Below are positions 48,808-62,668 of a stretch of 64,000 bases of DNA, in pieces. Position 1 is the first letter of the stretch; each line of letters starts with the position of its first letter. The notes under the pieces were generated by a model, which saw only the letters and a list, made by a program, of their open reading frames with translations, was not told the origin of the DNA and searched no databases. The stretch covers positions 1-64,000 of the forward strand of contig JAUCBJ010001873.1 of NCBI GenBank assembly GCA_032718475.1, read 5' to 3'. A program made the translations under genes and the position numbers. The DNA comes from Nemertoderma westbladi (Eukaryota; Animalia; Xenacoelomorpha).

Positions 48808-51800
48808 AAAAGAGAGATATTTAGTGATCCGAGATTGATTGATCTACAGTATATTTGATGTATGTAAGACATTGTGATATATCAGTGCAAATAATTAAAT
48901 GTGTGTGATATATTGAGTTACTGTATTTTGTGTTTTTACCATACAGTTATAGAGTAATAGTAGGCCTATAGTTAAGTTAAAAGGAGAGTTAAAAAGTATA
49001 CCATTATTATTATTATGTAAAGCACAGACCAAAGGAATTAATAATCCCATGGTCTGATTTTTAGTGTAGGTGCCTTTTTGTTTGCAGAATTCAGTACATT
49101 ACCGGTATATCTTTCACCAATGAATTGTCTAACTCTAAGATGCATTTTGTATTACACCTTGTCATGAAATGTATCCTAGTGTCTTAGCGTGCACGAACGG
49201 GGGGGGGGGGGGGGGGGGGGGGGATTCCTGCACCCATCCCATACCACATTTTTTATACAAAATTTTATAAACAAATTTTTATAATTACTTAATGATTTTC
49301 GTAACGAATTATAGAGAAACCTCTAGCCGTACAATGTGCTGCACATTCTCAATAAATAATATACAATAACTAATTAATCTGCTGGACAACAGTATTACCG
49401 CCATATATATTTTATTTATCTTAAGTAATTTAAAATACTGCAACACGAATTTCGGTGCATTTATAATGTATAGATAGCCGTAACCTATAGGCCTACACCT
49501 ATACATATACTGTAGTACAGTATTTACCGGTGCCGCCGTTATATACAGATGTCATTAAATTAAGTAAATATATAGTTTTGTCTTTCTATTTATTTATATT
49601 TATTTATTTTATTTTTTCCTTCAAAAATGTTTCCAATCGATTGCACTACTAGTCGTACCGCAGCCATTCTTTGCTCTTGCGTTGTAATTTGTTGGAAAAG
49701 TGTCATTCCGTGGCGAGATTTCAAATCTGTAAATGCCAGATACTATATGCTAGGTACTATAATACAGTAGTAGGGGCCTACTACTATTATAGTGGGTCAT
49801 GAAAATATCTCAATTTCGATTGAGATGTTCTGTATATAAGAATGATATAGGTGATCTTAAGTTGTATTTATTTGTAACTGCGCGAGTGTTGGTAGTTAAT
49901 TATTTCCAAAACCCATATTAATAACATGCGGTTGTTTTTTAACATTATATTGCCATATTCATTCATGCTTGCATTACGATATAACAGAGAACTACTGTAT
50001 ACATACAGTACTTACATATTAAACCAAGACCATACCATACCTCTTTGCTCCAGCACCTCAAACGTTCGATCAACTGTGTAAATCCAAAATTGATTAAGAA
50101 ACATCTTATACTATGAACAATGTAGAATATATTTCAAACAAAAAAATTATGAAGCACAATAGGCCTATTATTTATCACGTCTCAAAATTATTACAGTACT
50201 CTATGTGTTTGACAACGGTGTGCATACGGCCAAAAGGAACTAAGTTATATTTTCCTTACAAAAAAGTTTCTACAAACTTATGTTTAATTTATCATTCAGT
50301 TGCCTTACAAAGTAACATAGTGGAACTGTTCGAACACTACATATACTGTAGAACCATACAACATTATCATACCAGTATTATTATAAACCCTTTGCGTTAT
50401 TACATCGGGTATACAGTATAATTTTACTTTCAGTATTTGCATGTGACCCACGGTAAGGAACCAGTAATGGATCACCATATCAAGCATTACCTTTAAACGA
50501 ATGTGTAGTAAGACGCGAGGGAAGCCAGCAAATAATGTTTAAAGTTGTTCAGTGTTGCAAATATGAAATGCCTTGGTTTTTCTCTGATAATCAAACACTT
50601 TGGCCTTTGGGGCCCCACTGGTTCAGAGGTACAAAAGCAGAGCAGACCGCCCTGTAAATTTTAATTGTAAGGGATTTATGATATATTTCCGAATATTTAC
50701 TTTAAAATAATGTTTATAATAACAAACTATTAACATACCATACCATAACATACTGTATATTATATAATAATAATTTTAAAAAAGAAAAGCAAAGTTATCT
50801 ACAGTCCGTTAAGCCAGGGATTACCACACAAACTCTGACGACTTATTTCCAGTGCGGTCCCCCAAGAACTATAGGTCTACAGTATACACCACAGAGGAAA
50901 CACCAATACTACTGTAATTCAGAACTGTAATTGAACATTAAAATTTTGTCTTATATTTTATAGTTTTATATTATTTTTGTGGGATGCCCTCTTTCTGTTG
51001 GAGCAGTGAAATGGACATGGGCCGGTTTTTCAAGGCCGGCCCCTTGGATTTCGGCCCGCTTGGTTGTACGTAATCTATTTAGTTGGTCATGTGAGCGTAT
51101 TTAATTATTCATCACTAAATCAGCTAATTAGTAATAATGACAATAAATAATAATAATAATAGTACCGGTACCGTTGCTATTACTAGGCTATATCCTGCAA
51201 TCTCCACAATATTTACCAAACGTGTTAGTACTGTAGTAGCTAGTAGGTTCTTTCCTATTACTCCGGATTACTGATTAGTGAACCGCGCTGCTTGACTGCC
51301 TGAGTGACGGCTAAGTGCTGAAGTGTTGAACCTGAAGTGGTATCGCTTACTGCAGTACTGATGTACTGACTTGTCCATTGTCACTTGTCAGTTGGTAGGT
51401 CAGTAGGTAGGCCGTAGGCCGTAGGCAGTAGGCGAGTAGGGGGCCTGACCGCCCTCACAGTTCAACAGTTGCAATGCCAGAATGCAGTACAACCAGACAA
51501 CAGTAATCAGTATCAGTAGGCCTAATGGAACTGATACCAGATACAGACAGAGATAGGTAACGATATAGGCCTACCGATTACAGAACTGCAGAAGCAGTTC
51601 TCCTGACAGCCTGACTGCATGACCTGAACTCTTTATGCTTTACTGCAGTACTGCTTTAAGCACAAAAGTACAACCCATATCAGCCTGCCCGCTGCCCTAG
51701 GCCTAGACTAGTAGACTGCTGGAGCTGGACTGGACTGACAGACAGAACAGCCAAACAGCGGAACTATCAGAACCTAACCGGTGCGGTACCTGCGAAATAG

Positions 51801-51863
51801 CTTCATACTGTCATAATAGGCCTATCATAATCCCAAATCCACCGTGCACTCTCCACCACCGGG

Positions 51864-52478
51864 ATGTCTGCCAGACATCCCGACTCAATGGGTGGCGAAT
51901 CGACCTTCTTCGGATCTGCTAGTCACAGCCCGTCCGCATTCCGCAAGGAGCAACCCAAATCGTACGGAGCCTGCGAAAGTTCCACGATAAAAACTAGCGA
52001 ATCTTTGATTGTTCACACAGTGCAGCCCACCGACAATCTACAAGGAATCGCGCTGAAGTACGGCTGTACGGTGGAGAAACTAAAACGCGTAAACCGCATG
52101 TATTACAACGATAGTTTACATTTAAAAACTACGTTATTGATTCCTATGGATCTCGACAATCCCAACGCTACTCAGGTTACGGAATCGCTTTCTTTACACT
52201 TACACAACGGAAACACCTCGCCGAAAAATCAAACCTCGCAGTCTCAGTCCTTAAACGAATTCCTCCAACGCATAGACAGTCAGACATCCCGGAGTAGAGA
52301 GTTCGTAGAAAGACAAGAGCCTTCCGGTCCACCCGCACAGCGCCCAGTCGCCTCAGGGTTGCTGTTCGATAATGTCGGATTCCAGAAACGAACTAACACT
52401 AGTGGTGCTATTAAATCGGATCGGAGGCGAAGCGACCTGGTAGAATCGGCGAGGGATGGGGATTTATTCCAGTTGTAG
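51864..52478 (+). CDS. LysM-domain protein (LYSMD1/2-like), intronless CDS
   Basis: KSYG motif; HTVQPTDNLQGIALKYGCTVEKLKRVNRMY..DSL.LK..LLIP; NEFLQRID; C-terminal DLFQL. Confidence 0.88.
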   Translation: MSARHPDSMGGESTFFGSASHSPSAFRKEQPKSYGACESSTIKTSESLIVHTVQPTDNLQGIALKYGCTVEKLKRVNRMYYNDSLHLKTTLLIPMDLDNPNATQVTESLSLHLHNGNTSPKNQTSQSQSLNEFLQRIDSQTSRSREFVERQEPSGPPAQRPVASGLLFDNVGFQKRTNTSGAIKSDRRRSDLVESARDGDLFQL

Positions 52479-54445
52479 GCAACGGTGCCGGTCTGCCGAT
52501 AGCGTTGCCGGAACTGTACAGCGGTTGTACCGGTCCGGTACAACAACGGTAGATTAATAAATAATGGCTATGTAATTAATTTACGTTACTTTAATTTTAT
52601 TGTTTAGAATATTTTAGATAAATTTTAATTGTATAAAGTTGTATAAACCAACAGAAACACGGAGGCTGCTACTACCCGTCAGGCGGTACGTACCGGTACT
52701 TTAGGTCGCTACCTTGCTGGGAATGCTGATATTATTTATTTACTTTACTTTATTTCCATTCGTAAGATATTGTTTATTTATAATTCAATGGTTTAATTTA
52801 ATTACTTATATATTGTGTTCGCTTAGTTTCTACAACTGTAACGCCACGGGAAGATCCTAATTGGTTTATTGTTTTGGTTAGACTTACAACGCATTGTGGG
52901 GGGGGGGTGTGTTAGAGACTCATCTCTCTGGAAATACAATATTTACTTAATTAATTTAATTAATTATACATTTATTAACTGTAATGTATGTACAGTACGG
53001 TATGGAAGTAGGTGCCATATTTGGTGCTCCGTTTTATTTATTTGTGTTTCTAGATATATAATTATTCTGTGTATTGGAGTTTGTGCTGTTAATTAATATA
53101 GAGTTACCAGCCTCACACAGTAGCGAAAACTGTGCAACAATCAATACTACCGCTAAATATGTCGCCTTAACAAACATGGGTAGATACATTATCAATTATC
53201 TGATTGGATTAATTGTTTGTCTTACCAAATGTTTTCCAATACAATAAGTTAATTTCATGTCGATTTATTTTATATATAATAATATCGGTGCTGCTATAGA
53301 TCTAAGCGTTTTCCCCTCTGCGGTGGAATATTTTTATGTAAATGAAGAATTTCTTTGGTGTTAAAAATTCGCCTAATTTACCGATAAGTCTATCGCACTG
53401 CGGTAAATTAAATGCACTTAAGGTAGAATGAACCACGTAAATGTAAGTCGAAATATAATTGTCCTTTTAATATAGATATGAAAAACATAAAATATTAGGC
53501 AATAATATATTTAATAACTATAATTTACCAGCATCCAGGGGAAAATCTACGGAAATAACAGCTGATTGCGAGTGAAAATTAAACTGAAACCTGTTCTATT
53601 AAAAGTAAAAGAAGAACTAAGCGCATAGAATGTTTGTTCTATCTCATTCCCAATCCCTTCTCGATGTTTTTTTTTATTGTATTTTAGGTAGAATAACGTA
53701 TAACTATAACCTGTTTATTTCTTTACCCAACCCCCCACCCATATCTTTAGTTTTGTAGCTTTAGGATTAGTTACTAAGCCGATAACTTCAAATAATTTAT
53801 CAATACAACATGATGTATTGTGTATAATAAAGTAAACGCAATGGACGAAATTAATCTACTATACCCTCTTGATAATACTACCGGCTAGGCGGTGTGTGGT
53901 ACGTTGGTTCTGAACATTGAAGTCATGAAACTGATATTGTGGAAATAATTTAATACACCGCGCGAAGAAAAAACGTAAACAATTTATCAATATTCAAGAT
54001 TATCATCGGTGGTTATTTCTATTTGGTAAATCAATTCTGCTATGTACAGTTAGTATAGGAATAGCGATTCAAAAATTTGAGAGCTCAAAACGTAGTCTAT
54101 GTTTTCGTTTGAGGGACGAGCCACGAAGTTGGCGGAGCTTTAACAAACTGAGGCTTCGTATTTTTTTCGTATAATTTTTTTTATATAAATAACATTATTA
54201 TATAAAAATAACTTATAATATAATAATAATAATAACATTATTATACAATAATAATAATATTAGTATTTAATTTAGTATTTAATTTTATTAGTATTAATAT
54301 AATATTACAATATTATGTTATTAAACATTATTAAAGAAGAACAACGTGAACATATTTCGCTCGCTCCGCTTCTGTTTTACTTTTCATTTAAAGATTAGGG
54401 CCCACAATATGTTTGATTGTGATCCATTCCCTACATACCTGTGGC

Positions 54446-55641
54446 GGGTGCTGGTCATCTCGCCGCAGATAATGTGCGGCGAGGTGTCTTGCGGCGAGGT
54501 GTCTCACTATAAATGCAATTTCGCCGCAAATTATCGGACACCTCGCCGCAAGTCAATATAAATCATTTATTTCTATATTTACACGAAAGCCTACTTATGG
54601 CATTGGACATTATTATAAGAAGAAATAAAATAATACGGTAAGGTTTGTTGTTCTATTATAATTACTGTATTATATTACATGTTATCATAGATACAGTAAG
54701 ACTATTTGAGTAACGTATTAGATTATAGTAAAATACGGTCATAAAGATTCATAGAGGACTATGAATGACATATAATGAGTATTCTGACATAGAGGTCAGA
54801 TCAGAATACGGTCATTGAAGTTGTTTCCATGTCATTGATTACGGTACATTGCAGCGTTACGAGTAATTCTCCAGAACACTGTTAAGTTGGCATAATGTAC
54901 TGTAACAATAACTATTTACGTCCATGTACAATGTACTAAGTACGGAAACGGAAGTAAGGCAACATAATGTAATAAGGTTAATACAGTAATACTGTATGTT
55001 TATGTTAAATCTTAATTACAAATGTAATGTTCTTAGTGTATTGATATACTTATATTTGTTGTCAGACACTTTTTTTGTTAAGAGCAAAATTATGGTCGAA
55101 TTACATTTCAAATTAATTTCCATGACATTCATAATAATCAATAATATTGCATTAAATATTATAATTTTCTTTAATTTCTTACATTACCTATTTTATTTAT
55201 TTGTGTGGAATTAATATCGCACTACCAAATCGCCAGGACAAATTTAAGAAATTCCAACAAATAATTATTTATTACATGGGAAAAAAGTAGAACTTTTTTC
55301 ACTATTCTCGAGGCATTTTTAATACGTTACTCAAATACCGGTACTCTTACTGTATCTATAATAATACAGTAATTATAATAGAACAACAAACCTTACCGTC
55401 TGACCGTATTATTTTATTTTATTTTATAATACATAATGTCCAATGCCATACTGCTATAACTAGGCTTCCCTGTGTAAATATAGAAATAAATGATTAATAT
55501 TGCCTTGCGGCGAGGTGTCCGATAATTTGCGGCGAAATGGCATTCACAGTGAGACACCTCGCCGCAAAGACACCTCGCCGCACATTATCTGCGGCGAGTG
55601 ACCTGCGGCGAAGTGGCAGTGCGGCGAGGTGACCAGCACCC
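54446..55641. mobile_element. Long-TIR foldback/MITE with CTCGCCGCA subrepeats
   Basis: GGGTGCTGGTCA...TGACCAGCACCC termini; TIRs over 200 bp; 8-bp TSD CCTGTGGC at 54438-54445 and 55642-55649. Confidence 0.9.
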
Positions 55642-56904
55642 CCTGTGGCTAACATGAAAGTCAGCAAAATTAATTAAGTACACCATGTCCCAGAATATGT
55701 CGTAATTCAGTGACACGACCCCCCCCCCCCCCCCCCCCCCCCTAATTTTTTTACAAATCGTAATAAGATTGCGTTTAAAAAGTGTCTCCGGCGTTATTAC
55801 ACCAATCCCCCCGCAGTATTCTTCTACCTTAACAGTATACTGTAGCTGTTATAGCTCTTTTAGTATAACAATTTCCATTTAGGGATTCCTATCGAATTAA
55901 TATTACTATGTATAATGAAAGGTCGATTATCTCCAAATATTTTTTTATGAAATTGTCAACTTCAAAACTCTACTACTTCTACAATTTTTGAGCAATTAGT
56001 CTGAAAATTTCTGTGGGTGTCTACATAGCCATCCTGCATAAAAGTATCAGACAACTTTTTGAAATTTCTTGTTAATATAATTGAATACTATTTATAACAA
56101 ACCCAAAAAATTGCCTAAATTTGCAGTAAATTGTAAACTATTAATTTATCTTATATGATAATTTAACATTGAGATATTAATTATCTTAGGTTGGATTTGC
56201 CTCAAGTGCCCACCCCTCCTCCCCCCGTCTCCGGTCAACACAACACTCTGTTGTAACAGAAACACTGGAGCGCATATCATTACAAAAATAGTAATATATT
56301 CACAATCACAACAAATCGTATAATGTTTATGTTATTAAAAATGATAATACATTTATTTGCATACGAAATACTATAGTTATCTTTTTGTAACGTAGAAACA
56401 CAATATGGTGGGTAGTTTGTGTAACACACAACCATAATACAATGGATCAATCGCATGGCTATTCTACCAAATCAATTACAATGGATACATTTATCTGTAT
56501 CATAGCTTTGTTACATATTGTAAAATTACAATGCAATTAATAGGCAGCACAATAATTAAAGCACATTTATTATATTATTATACCTTACATTTACATTCTA
56601 CACAAATTAAACACCGATGGGGTATCCACTTGTACTCCACGGATATGTAGGCTAATCATGTAACATTATAGGCCACAATAGGTGACCCCCCAAGCAACTC
56701 ATCTTTATAAGACCAACTCCTGTAATCGAACACATAATTAGATATTAATATAATCAAAACAATTACTTACATATACCAAAATAAACATGGAATTAGATCA
56801 GTTCTGAATCTGAAAGCACTTCGCAGTAGGGCTACAAGTAATAAATACAAAAATAATGCGCTTTGAAAATTACTATTCCTAACGGCCTAATAATAGCTCG
56901 AGAT

Positions 56905-58005
56905 TTACAGGTATTTAACGTCACAGAGGAGAAGTTGGTTGGTGACAGGTCCCCCAGAAAGGAACCTCCTCTTATGGGGCAAAGCAAATGCCAGACAACC
57001 CTGAATGTCCGGATCCACTCCGGACATTACCTCGTCTATGGAGACCGTGAAGGGAGCCTCGTTCCCGGACACTTTGATCCTGAGGACCTGGGCCGGACAG
57101 GCACGACCCGGATTCTTTAACGTGTCGAAGAATTCCTCGAAGCGGGAATAACAACCGAGCCATAGAGAGGAATCGTCTCGATCACGAATCACGTTGTCGC
57201 AACCAGTAGCGAGGTAGACACTCTGCACGTGGTCCAACTCGTGTGGTTGCTCCGTTGATACCTTATAAATCTCCATGGCGTTGGTCGAAGGGGTCACAAT
57301 GTACACAAACTTCCCATCTCGTGAACTCTCGATCCCATTGGCGGAAACTATTCCGGATGCGGCTATGTGTCCGCTCGCTCCGTCCCAGTAGTAAACCGAG
57401 GTGACAGGCAGAGAGAATATCGTCTCGACAAAGGCCATAACGTGTGCCGAAGGGTAGGTGTACCGGATCCATTCAGTCGCGTAGAAACTGTTGGTTCCGG
57501 TAGGGAGAACTCCATTCAACAGACCTCCTACACCCAACTCCTTACCGGTAACTGTGTTACTGAGTTCCAGACTCAACTGATCCCTGACACGGAATATTAG
57601 AACCTGTTCCCCTGATGCGGGATGAGCGACGACAAATAGGTAACTCTCGCCAGAATCAGTAGTCCATGATGCGATTCCGTGGGGAGAAACCAACTCAAAA
57701 TCTCTTGGAGATATTTTCGCTTCAACATAAGAGGCATTGTTTACATTCATATCCATCATCAGAATCCTGCCGGGTATTCTAGAACGCGGGTTGCTCGGTG
57801 AGTCCAGATAGAAACCTGAGGTTATGTAAGCGAACCCATTTGGGAGTATAGTGGCATCCTCTTCGCCCCCAAACGACGAGATGGTACGACATGGTCCAGG
57901 ACGGTGGTTGTAAATGACACGATTTAAACCTGTTAGATTAGCCAATCGAAAACCCTGATAGACCACTGCTGCCAGGATGCCCAAGAGTAAAAACGATTTA
58001 ATCAT
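56905..58005 (-). CDS. PON: Paraoxonase/arylesterase-like lactonase, intronless CDS
   Basis: Hydrophobic N-terminus; NHRPGPC, GEED..ILPNG.A.ITSG, PGRILMMD, PHGI, LFVV.HP, FYAT, ANGI..S.DGK, DNV, LWLGC, QVLRI, C-terminal Cys. Confidence 0.92.
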   Translation of the reverse strand: MIKSFLLLGILAAVVYQGFRLANLTGLNRVIYNHRPGPCRTISSFGGEEDATILPNGFAYITSGFYLDSPSNPRSRIPGRILMMDMNVNNASYVEAKISPRDFELVSPHGIASWTTDSGESYLFVVAHPASGEQVLIFRVRDQLSLELSNTVTGKELGVGGLLNGVLPTGTNSFYATEWIRYTYPSAHVMAFVETIFSLPVTSVYYWDGASGHIAASGIVSANGIESSRDGKFVYIVTPSTNAMEIYKVSTEQPHELDHVQSVYLATGCDNVIRDRDDSSLWLGCYSRFEEFFDTLKNPGRACPAQVLRIKVSGNEAPFTVSIDEVMSGVDPDIQGCLAFALPHKRRFLSGGPVTNQLLLCDVKYL

Positions 58006-59351
58006 GATTGTTATCCTGGTTATGGTTTGAGTTCTAATACTGTAATATTTGCTGTAATATATTTACTGCAATATGGACTACCCTACTGCCCTATTTACCA
58101 CAGAACCAATAATGTTCTGATGTCAATAATATCCTAATCTACTAATCTAATTGCATACACCAGGTACACCGCACACCATGTCCAGATGTCCTGGAATATA
58201 GTGTCGTTCTCGTTATTCAGGTACCCGGTACCTACAACCTGCCTGCCTGCACCTGGTTCGGTCAATATCAACTAATCTCTAGAAGGTTGAAGAATAACTG
58301 CACTGTAACTGTAACGACGGAGACACCTTTTTCAAACGCTTGTCAAACCTGTAGCTAAAAGAATGAAAGCAAAATTAAATATTCTGGATCACCCAGTAAG
58401 GAGGAGGCAGGTGAAGACCTGGGGTGAAACTGTCTCTGTTTCACATTTCATGCAATCTCATTAAGATTTGTAGAAAAATTTAGGGGGGGGGGGGGGGCAG
58501 GTACCTGAATAACTGTGAGCGGATTCAATTCCGTTCCATTACCCTCACAAAGTTGGGAAGTGGCACCTTTCCAGCAATATTGGAGATACGAGATTGGTAA
58601 CAACCAATCTCGTATCACACCCAATAACGGGGATAACACGAACCCCAAAAGCCACAGAAAGGGAGGTTAGAGGTCAAACATTGTGAACTGTCAAACCACC
58701 TCGAGAGGGAAAGTAAGCAACAGGGGCCACTCCCACAGAGGTGAGAGGCGTGAAGTGGGTTAACAGCCAATGAGAGCATCCACTGAACGAAGGCCACAGT
58801 AGTGTAGAAATCATTATATATATATTGTCAATGCATGATATTCTGTTCAGTTACTCAGTCGTCAGCTCAGTGCAGACCGGTGACATTCTTTACCGTCACC
58901 AACGTCATCAATACATACCGGTACTGTTTCAGGTCAGCAACATCAGACCTCTTTACTCAATTTATTGTGCTATCATGTATATTGCCTATCATTATTAGAG
59001 AACACCAAGGGACAACATCAAACTCCTGTTATTTATCACAACGGCCTCGGCCTAGCTAGCATACGAACGGTGACGCATAGATCAATTATCCGGTCGGAAT
59101 CCCTTGATCCCGTCACAATAACGACACTTCCAGGACATGCTGACATGGTGTAAACTAGTACTGTAGTACTGTAGTAGGCCTAAACATGTAAACTGTAGTA
59201 TATGTCTGTATGTGTTCGCTTTTTAGGCCTATTTCAGCATTTCTGTATTTATTACGGTAGGTAGAGTAGGCTATATGCTATAAGTAGGTAGGATTAGTTT
59301 ACTTCAGGTGATAATGTAGCTCCTCCCTACTAACTAAAGTCCTGATAAAAT

Positions 59352-59892
59352 GGGACTGTCTAAAACTCGGGCCGGTCTCGGTCCACTGAACCTAAAACCC
59401 GGTCGGTCCAATTTTTGCCCGGTCCACGTGAAAATTACTAAAACCCGGTCCCAATAATTCCTAAAACCCGGTCCATAAACTCGCGGTGCCAAAAATGAAA
59501 TGACTAAAACCCGGTCTCGGTCTTTAAGTGAAAATGTCTAAAACCCGGTCCCAAAATCCCGGTCCAATTTTTTTCTTATACAGTATATTCATGATATTTT
59601 ATGTACTTAAACACCTTAACAAACATTACATAAAATATCATGAACATGTATACTGTATAAGAAAAAAAAAATTGGACCGGGATTTTGGGACCGGGTTTTA
59701 GACATTTTCACTTTAAGACCGAGACTGGGTTTTAGTCATTTCATTTTTGGGACCGCGAGTTTATGGACCGGTTTTAGGAATTATTGGGACCGGGTTTTGG
59801 TAATTTTCACGTGTACCGGGCAAAAATTGGACCGACCGGGTTTTAGGTTCAGTGGAACGAGACCGGGACCGGCCCGGGTTTTGGACAGTCCC
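59352..59892. mobile_element. Near-perfect palindromic MITE (MULE-like)
   Basis: GGGACTGTC...GACAGTCCC termini; ~270-bp arms with AAAACCCGGTC subrepeats; 9-bp TSD TGATAAAAT at 59343-59351 and 59893-59901. Confidence 0.92.
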
Positions 59893-61955
59893 TGATAAAA
59901 TACATAGCCAAGCCATGACAAACTATTGTGATTTTTAAACTAAAACAAATAAATTAATTACACCTAAATTCAATGCAGTACCAATCCCAATTTTATTATG
60001 TGAAAAATCTGCGCTAACATTATTGTAAATTAATAAATTTCCCTTCAGTTGACAGGTGGAATTATATACTTCTCAGCACTTTTTTGCACCATTGAATGAT
60101 TGAAATACATCTTATTGTGCAATTAATTAAATTTGTCCCTTAATCACCAATTTGCTACTTACTCTTCCCTACTCTTCCCGTTCCTTTTATTTGGCTTGTG
60201 TTATGCACATTTACGCCTAATTTCCATGAATAAACATACAGTATGATAAGCAAAATAAAATTTATAGACTTTTTGGACATTAACAAGGTAGAATCCAAAA
60301 TATGTGGTTCGGATTGATTGCGAAATACTTATGGGTTTTTTGCTACTGTAGATTGACTCGACTACTAATAGCAACCAAGCTTTTAGACCACCACAAATAT
60401 TGCAATAAAAAAAATTCGAAAATTTAAAAAGAACAACTTTATCTTAGCCATCTTAGAAATTAAATAACAGCATGATTACCACGGAAACTGAAGTGTGACA
60501 CTCACTATGGTAAAAATAGTGAGGGGGGAGGGGTGGAGTGGATACTCACATAGGCGCCCGATCAAGAAGCGAAAAATAAATGTTCTGTAGCACAATAAAT
60601 TATTACAGCATCACCTACTACACTAGGGAGGGATGGTAGGGTTACAGTACGTGTTACCCATAGACTAACTTATACATTTGTAGTCCGTAAATAACAATTA
60701 TACTGTGATTTAAAATCGTGCATCAAATTTGTTCATTTTGTTACCTATATTTTGTGATTAGGGTGCCGTACAATACATACCGGTGGGTCCTTCAAACATA
60801 CAGTATATTTTATTTCATAGTTGTACGTCTTGAAAATCTTTTAATCAACGAGTACCTCATATTAGTTAGGAAAAATGTTAATAGGAGGGCCTAATTTGCT
60901 AATAATATAAACTAATTATAGTAAAAGCTTTCGGCCTACCGGCCTGCTTCAGACTTAGTAGAAAATGTTTGTAAACAGCAACAGGAAACACCACCCAATT
61001 AATCTATGTTAATGTAGTAGTTAATGTAGACAGACATCTTAACATTGACATGTTAAAGTAAACAAATTTCACTCTATAATTATATACAGTATATATTATT
61101 AGCCAATTACTCCATATTTTTCCCAACTAATATACATACAGTAGTACTGTAACTTACTCTATAATACCGTTGGCTAGGGTATACCGCTTTATCAGATCGT
61201 TTAATCAACGAGGATGGATTAAAAGAAGGATATGAAACGCTTATAATAATTTATTACTGTAGCTTTTACAAAACATTATTTACCACTAGGCCTATTTTCT
61301 GTTTATAGCAAGGGGCTATCGTTACTACAGTATGTTTGTGAGTATTTTGGAATATACTCCTCTACAGTATGTTAGCGGGAAATTTAAATAACCAGAAATG
61401 TTACTTTGCCAGAAATGTGTTTTAATCCCCGATCTCCATGGTGCATCGCATCATGCGAAGTGATTGTCAATGAATATAAATACCCGGGCAATAAATATAA
61501 TATCCGGGCAATAAATATTTTTTGGTAAACTGGTAAAGAGCACCATTATTACTGTATTGGTAGTCTATACATACAGTACTATAGATAGGCAACAATAACT
61601 TACCGGTACTGTATGTATGGAGTGATGTCATGTCGATAGTGTCACGCTGGTTTTGCGGTTTTGGTAGACTAATGGTTTTGGTTTGAAATCTGGCTAAATA
61701 CCTGAAATACCTATGAGCTAAAGGCTCACTGCTGCACTGCATTATCCATTATCGGTAGGCATACCAGTATTCATTCGGTCTGTTGGTAGGACGATAGGCT
61801 AGGCTACTACATGTACTAGGAATTAGGGCAGAAAACAGTACAGCAGTAGGGTAAGCTAGAATCAGAACAGCAGTAATAATACTGTAATACAGTAATACCA
61901 GAAAACCTGTACCAGTGTACCGCTACGAACCTAGGTTACTTATTTAACAAACACC

Positions 61956-62668
61956 ATGAACGCCGCCTCAGTAATTTCCGTTCGTCGTGCCATCAACACT
62001 TCACGGGCCCCCAAAGCGATCGGCCCTTACAGCCAAGCCATGTTGGTAAAGGACTCAACGCTATATATATCTGGCCAGATTGGACTAGTGCCCACTACAA
62101 TGGAACTGGTTTCCGGGTCTGTAGTTGAACAGGCAACTCAGGCATTGAACAATATGGGTGAGTTTCAGCCATATTCAGATATTGTTTGCCTTGCTTGGTG
62201 GTTGGTTAGGGTTAAGGTAGGCCTACTCTGGTACTACTGTACTACACTACAACGTACTAGGCCTACTGAACTTGGATCTGTACCGGTCAACGGGTCGCTC
62301 GGAACAGATAAAGAATGCAATTTTATTTTTTATTTTATTTCTCGAAGACTGAAGGAATTGCAGTGGCCTTCTTATTTGTATTTAGTGGGCGATATCTCGA
62401 TGTTATATCTTCCAATTACTACTAAATACTACTAAATAATTATTGACAATTTTATATTTCAGGTGAAATATTAAAAGAAGTTGGAATGGGCTACGAAAAT
62501 GTTGTGAAGACAACAGTTTTACTTGCCGACATAAATGACTTTGCAGCTGTTAATGGAATTTACTCTAAGTACTTTGAGGCAGACTCGGCCCCAGCTAGGG
62601 CGGCCTACGCCGTAAACGCTTTACCTAAAAACGCTTTGGTGGAAATAGAAAGTGTGGCTGAACGCTAA
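61956..62668 (+). CDS. RIDA: RidA/UK114 reactive-imine deaminase, 135 aa; exons 61956-62157 and 62463-62668
   Basis: [26 protein letters not shown]|[36 protein letters not shown]; GT-AG intron in phase 1. Confidence 0.95.

Noticed and set aside
62158-62435. C-terminal part of the 159-aa RidA ORF
   Set aside because: Read-through into the intron; splicing to 62463 restores the family sequence.
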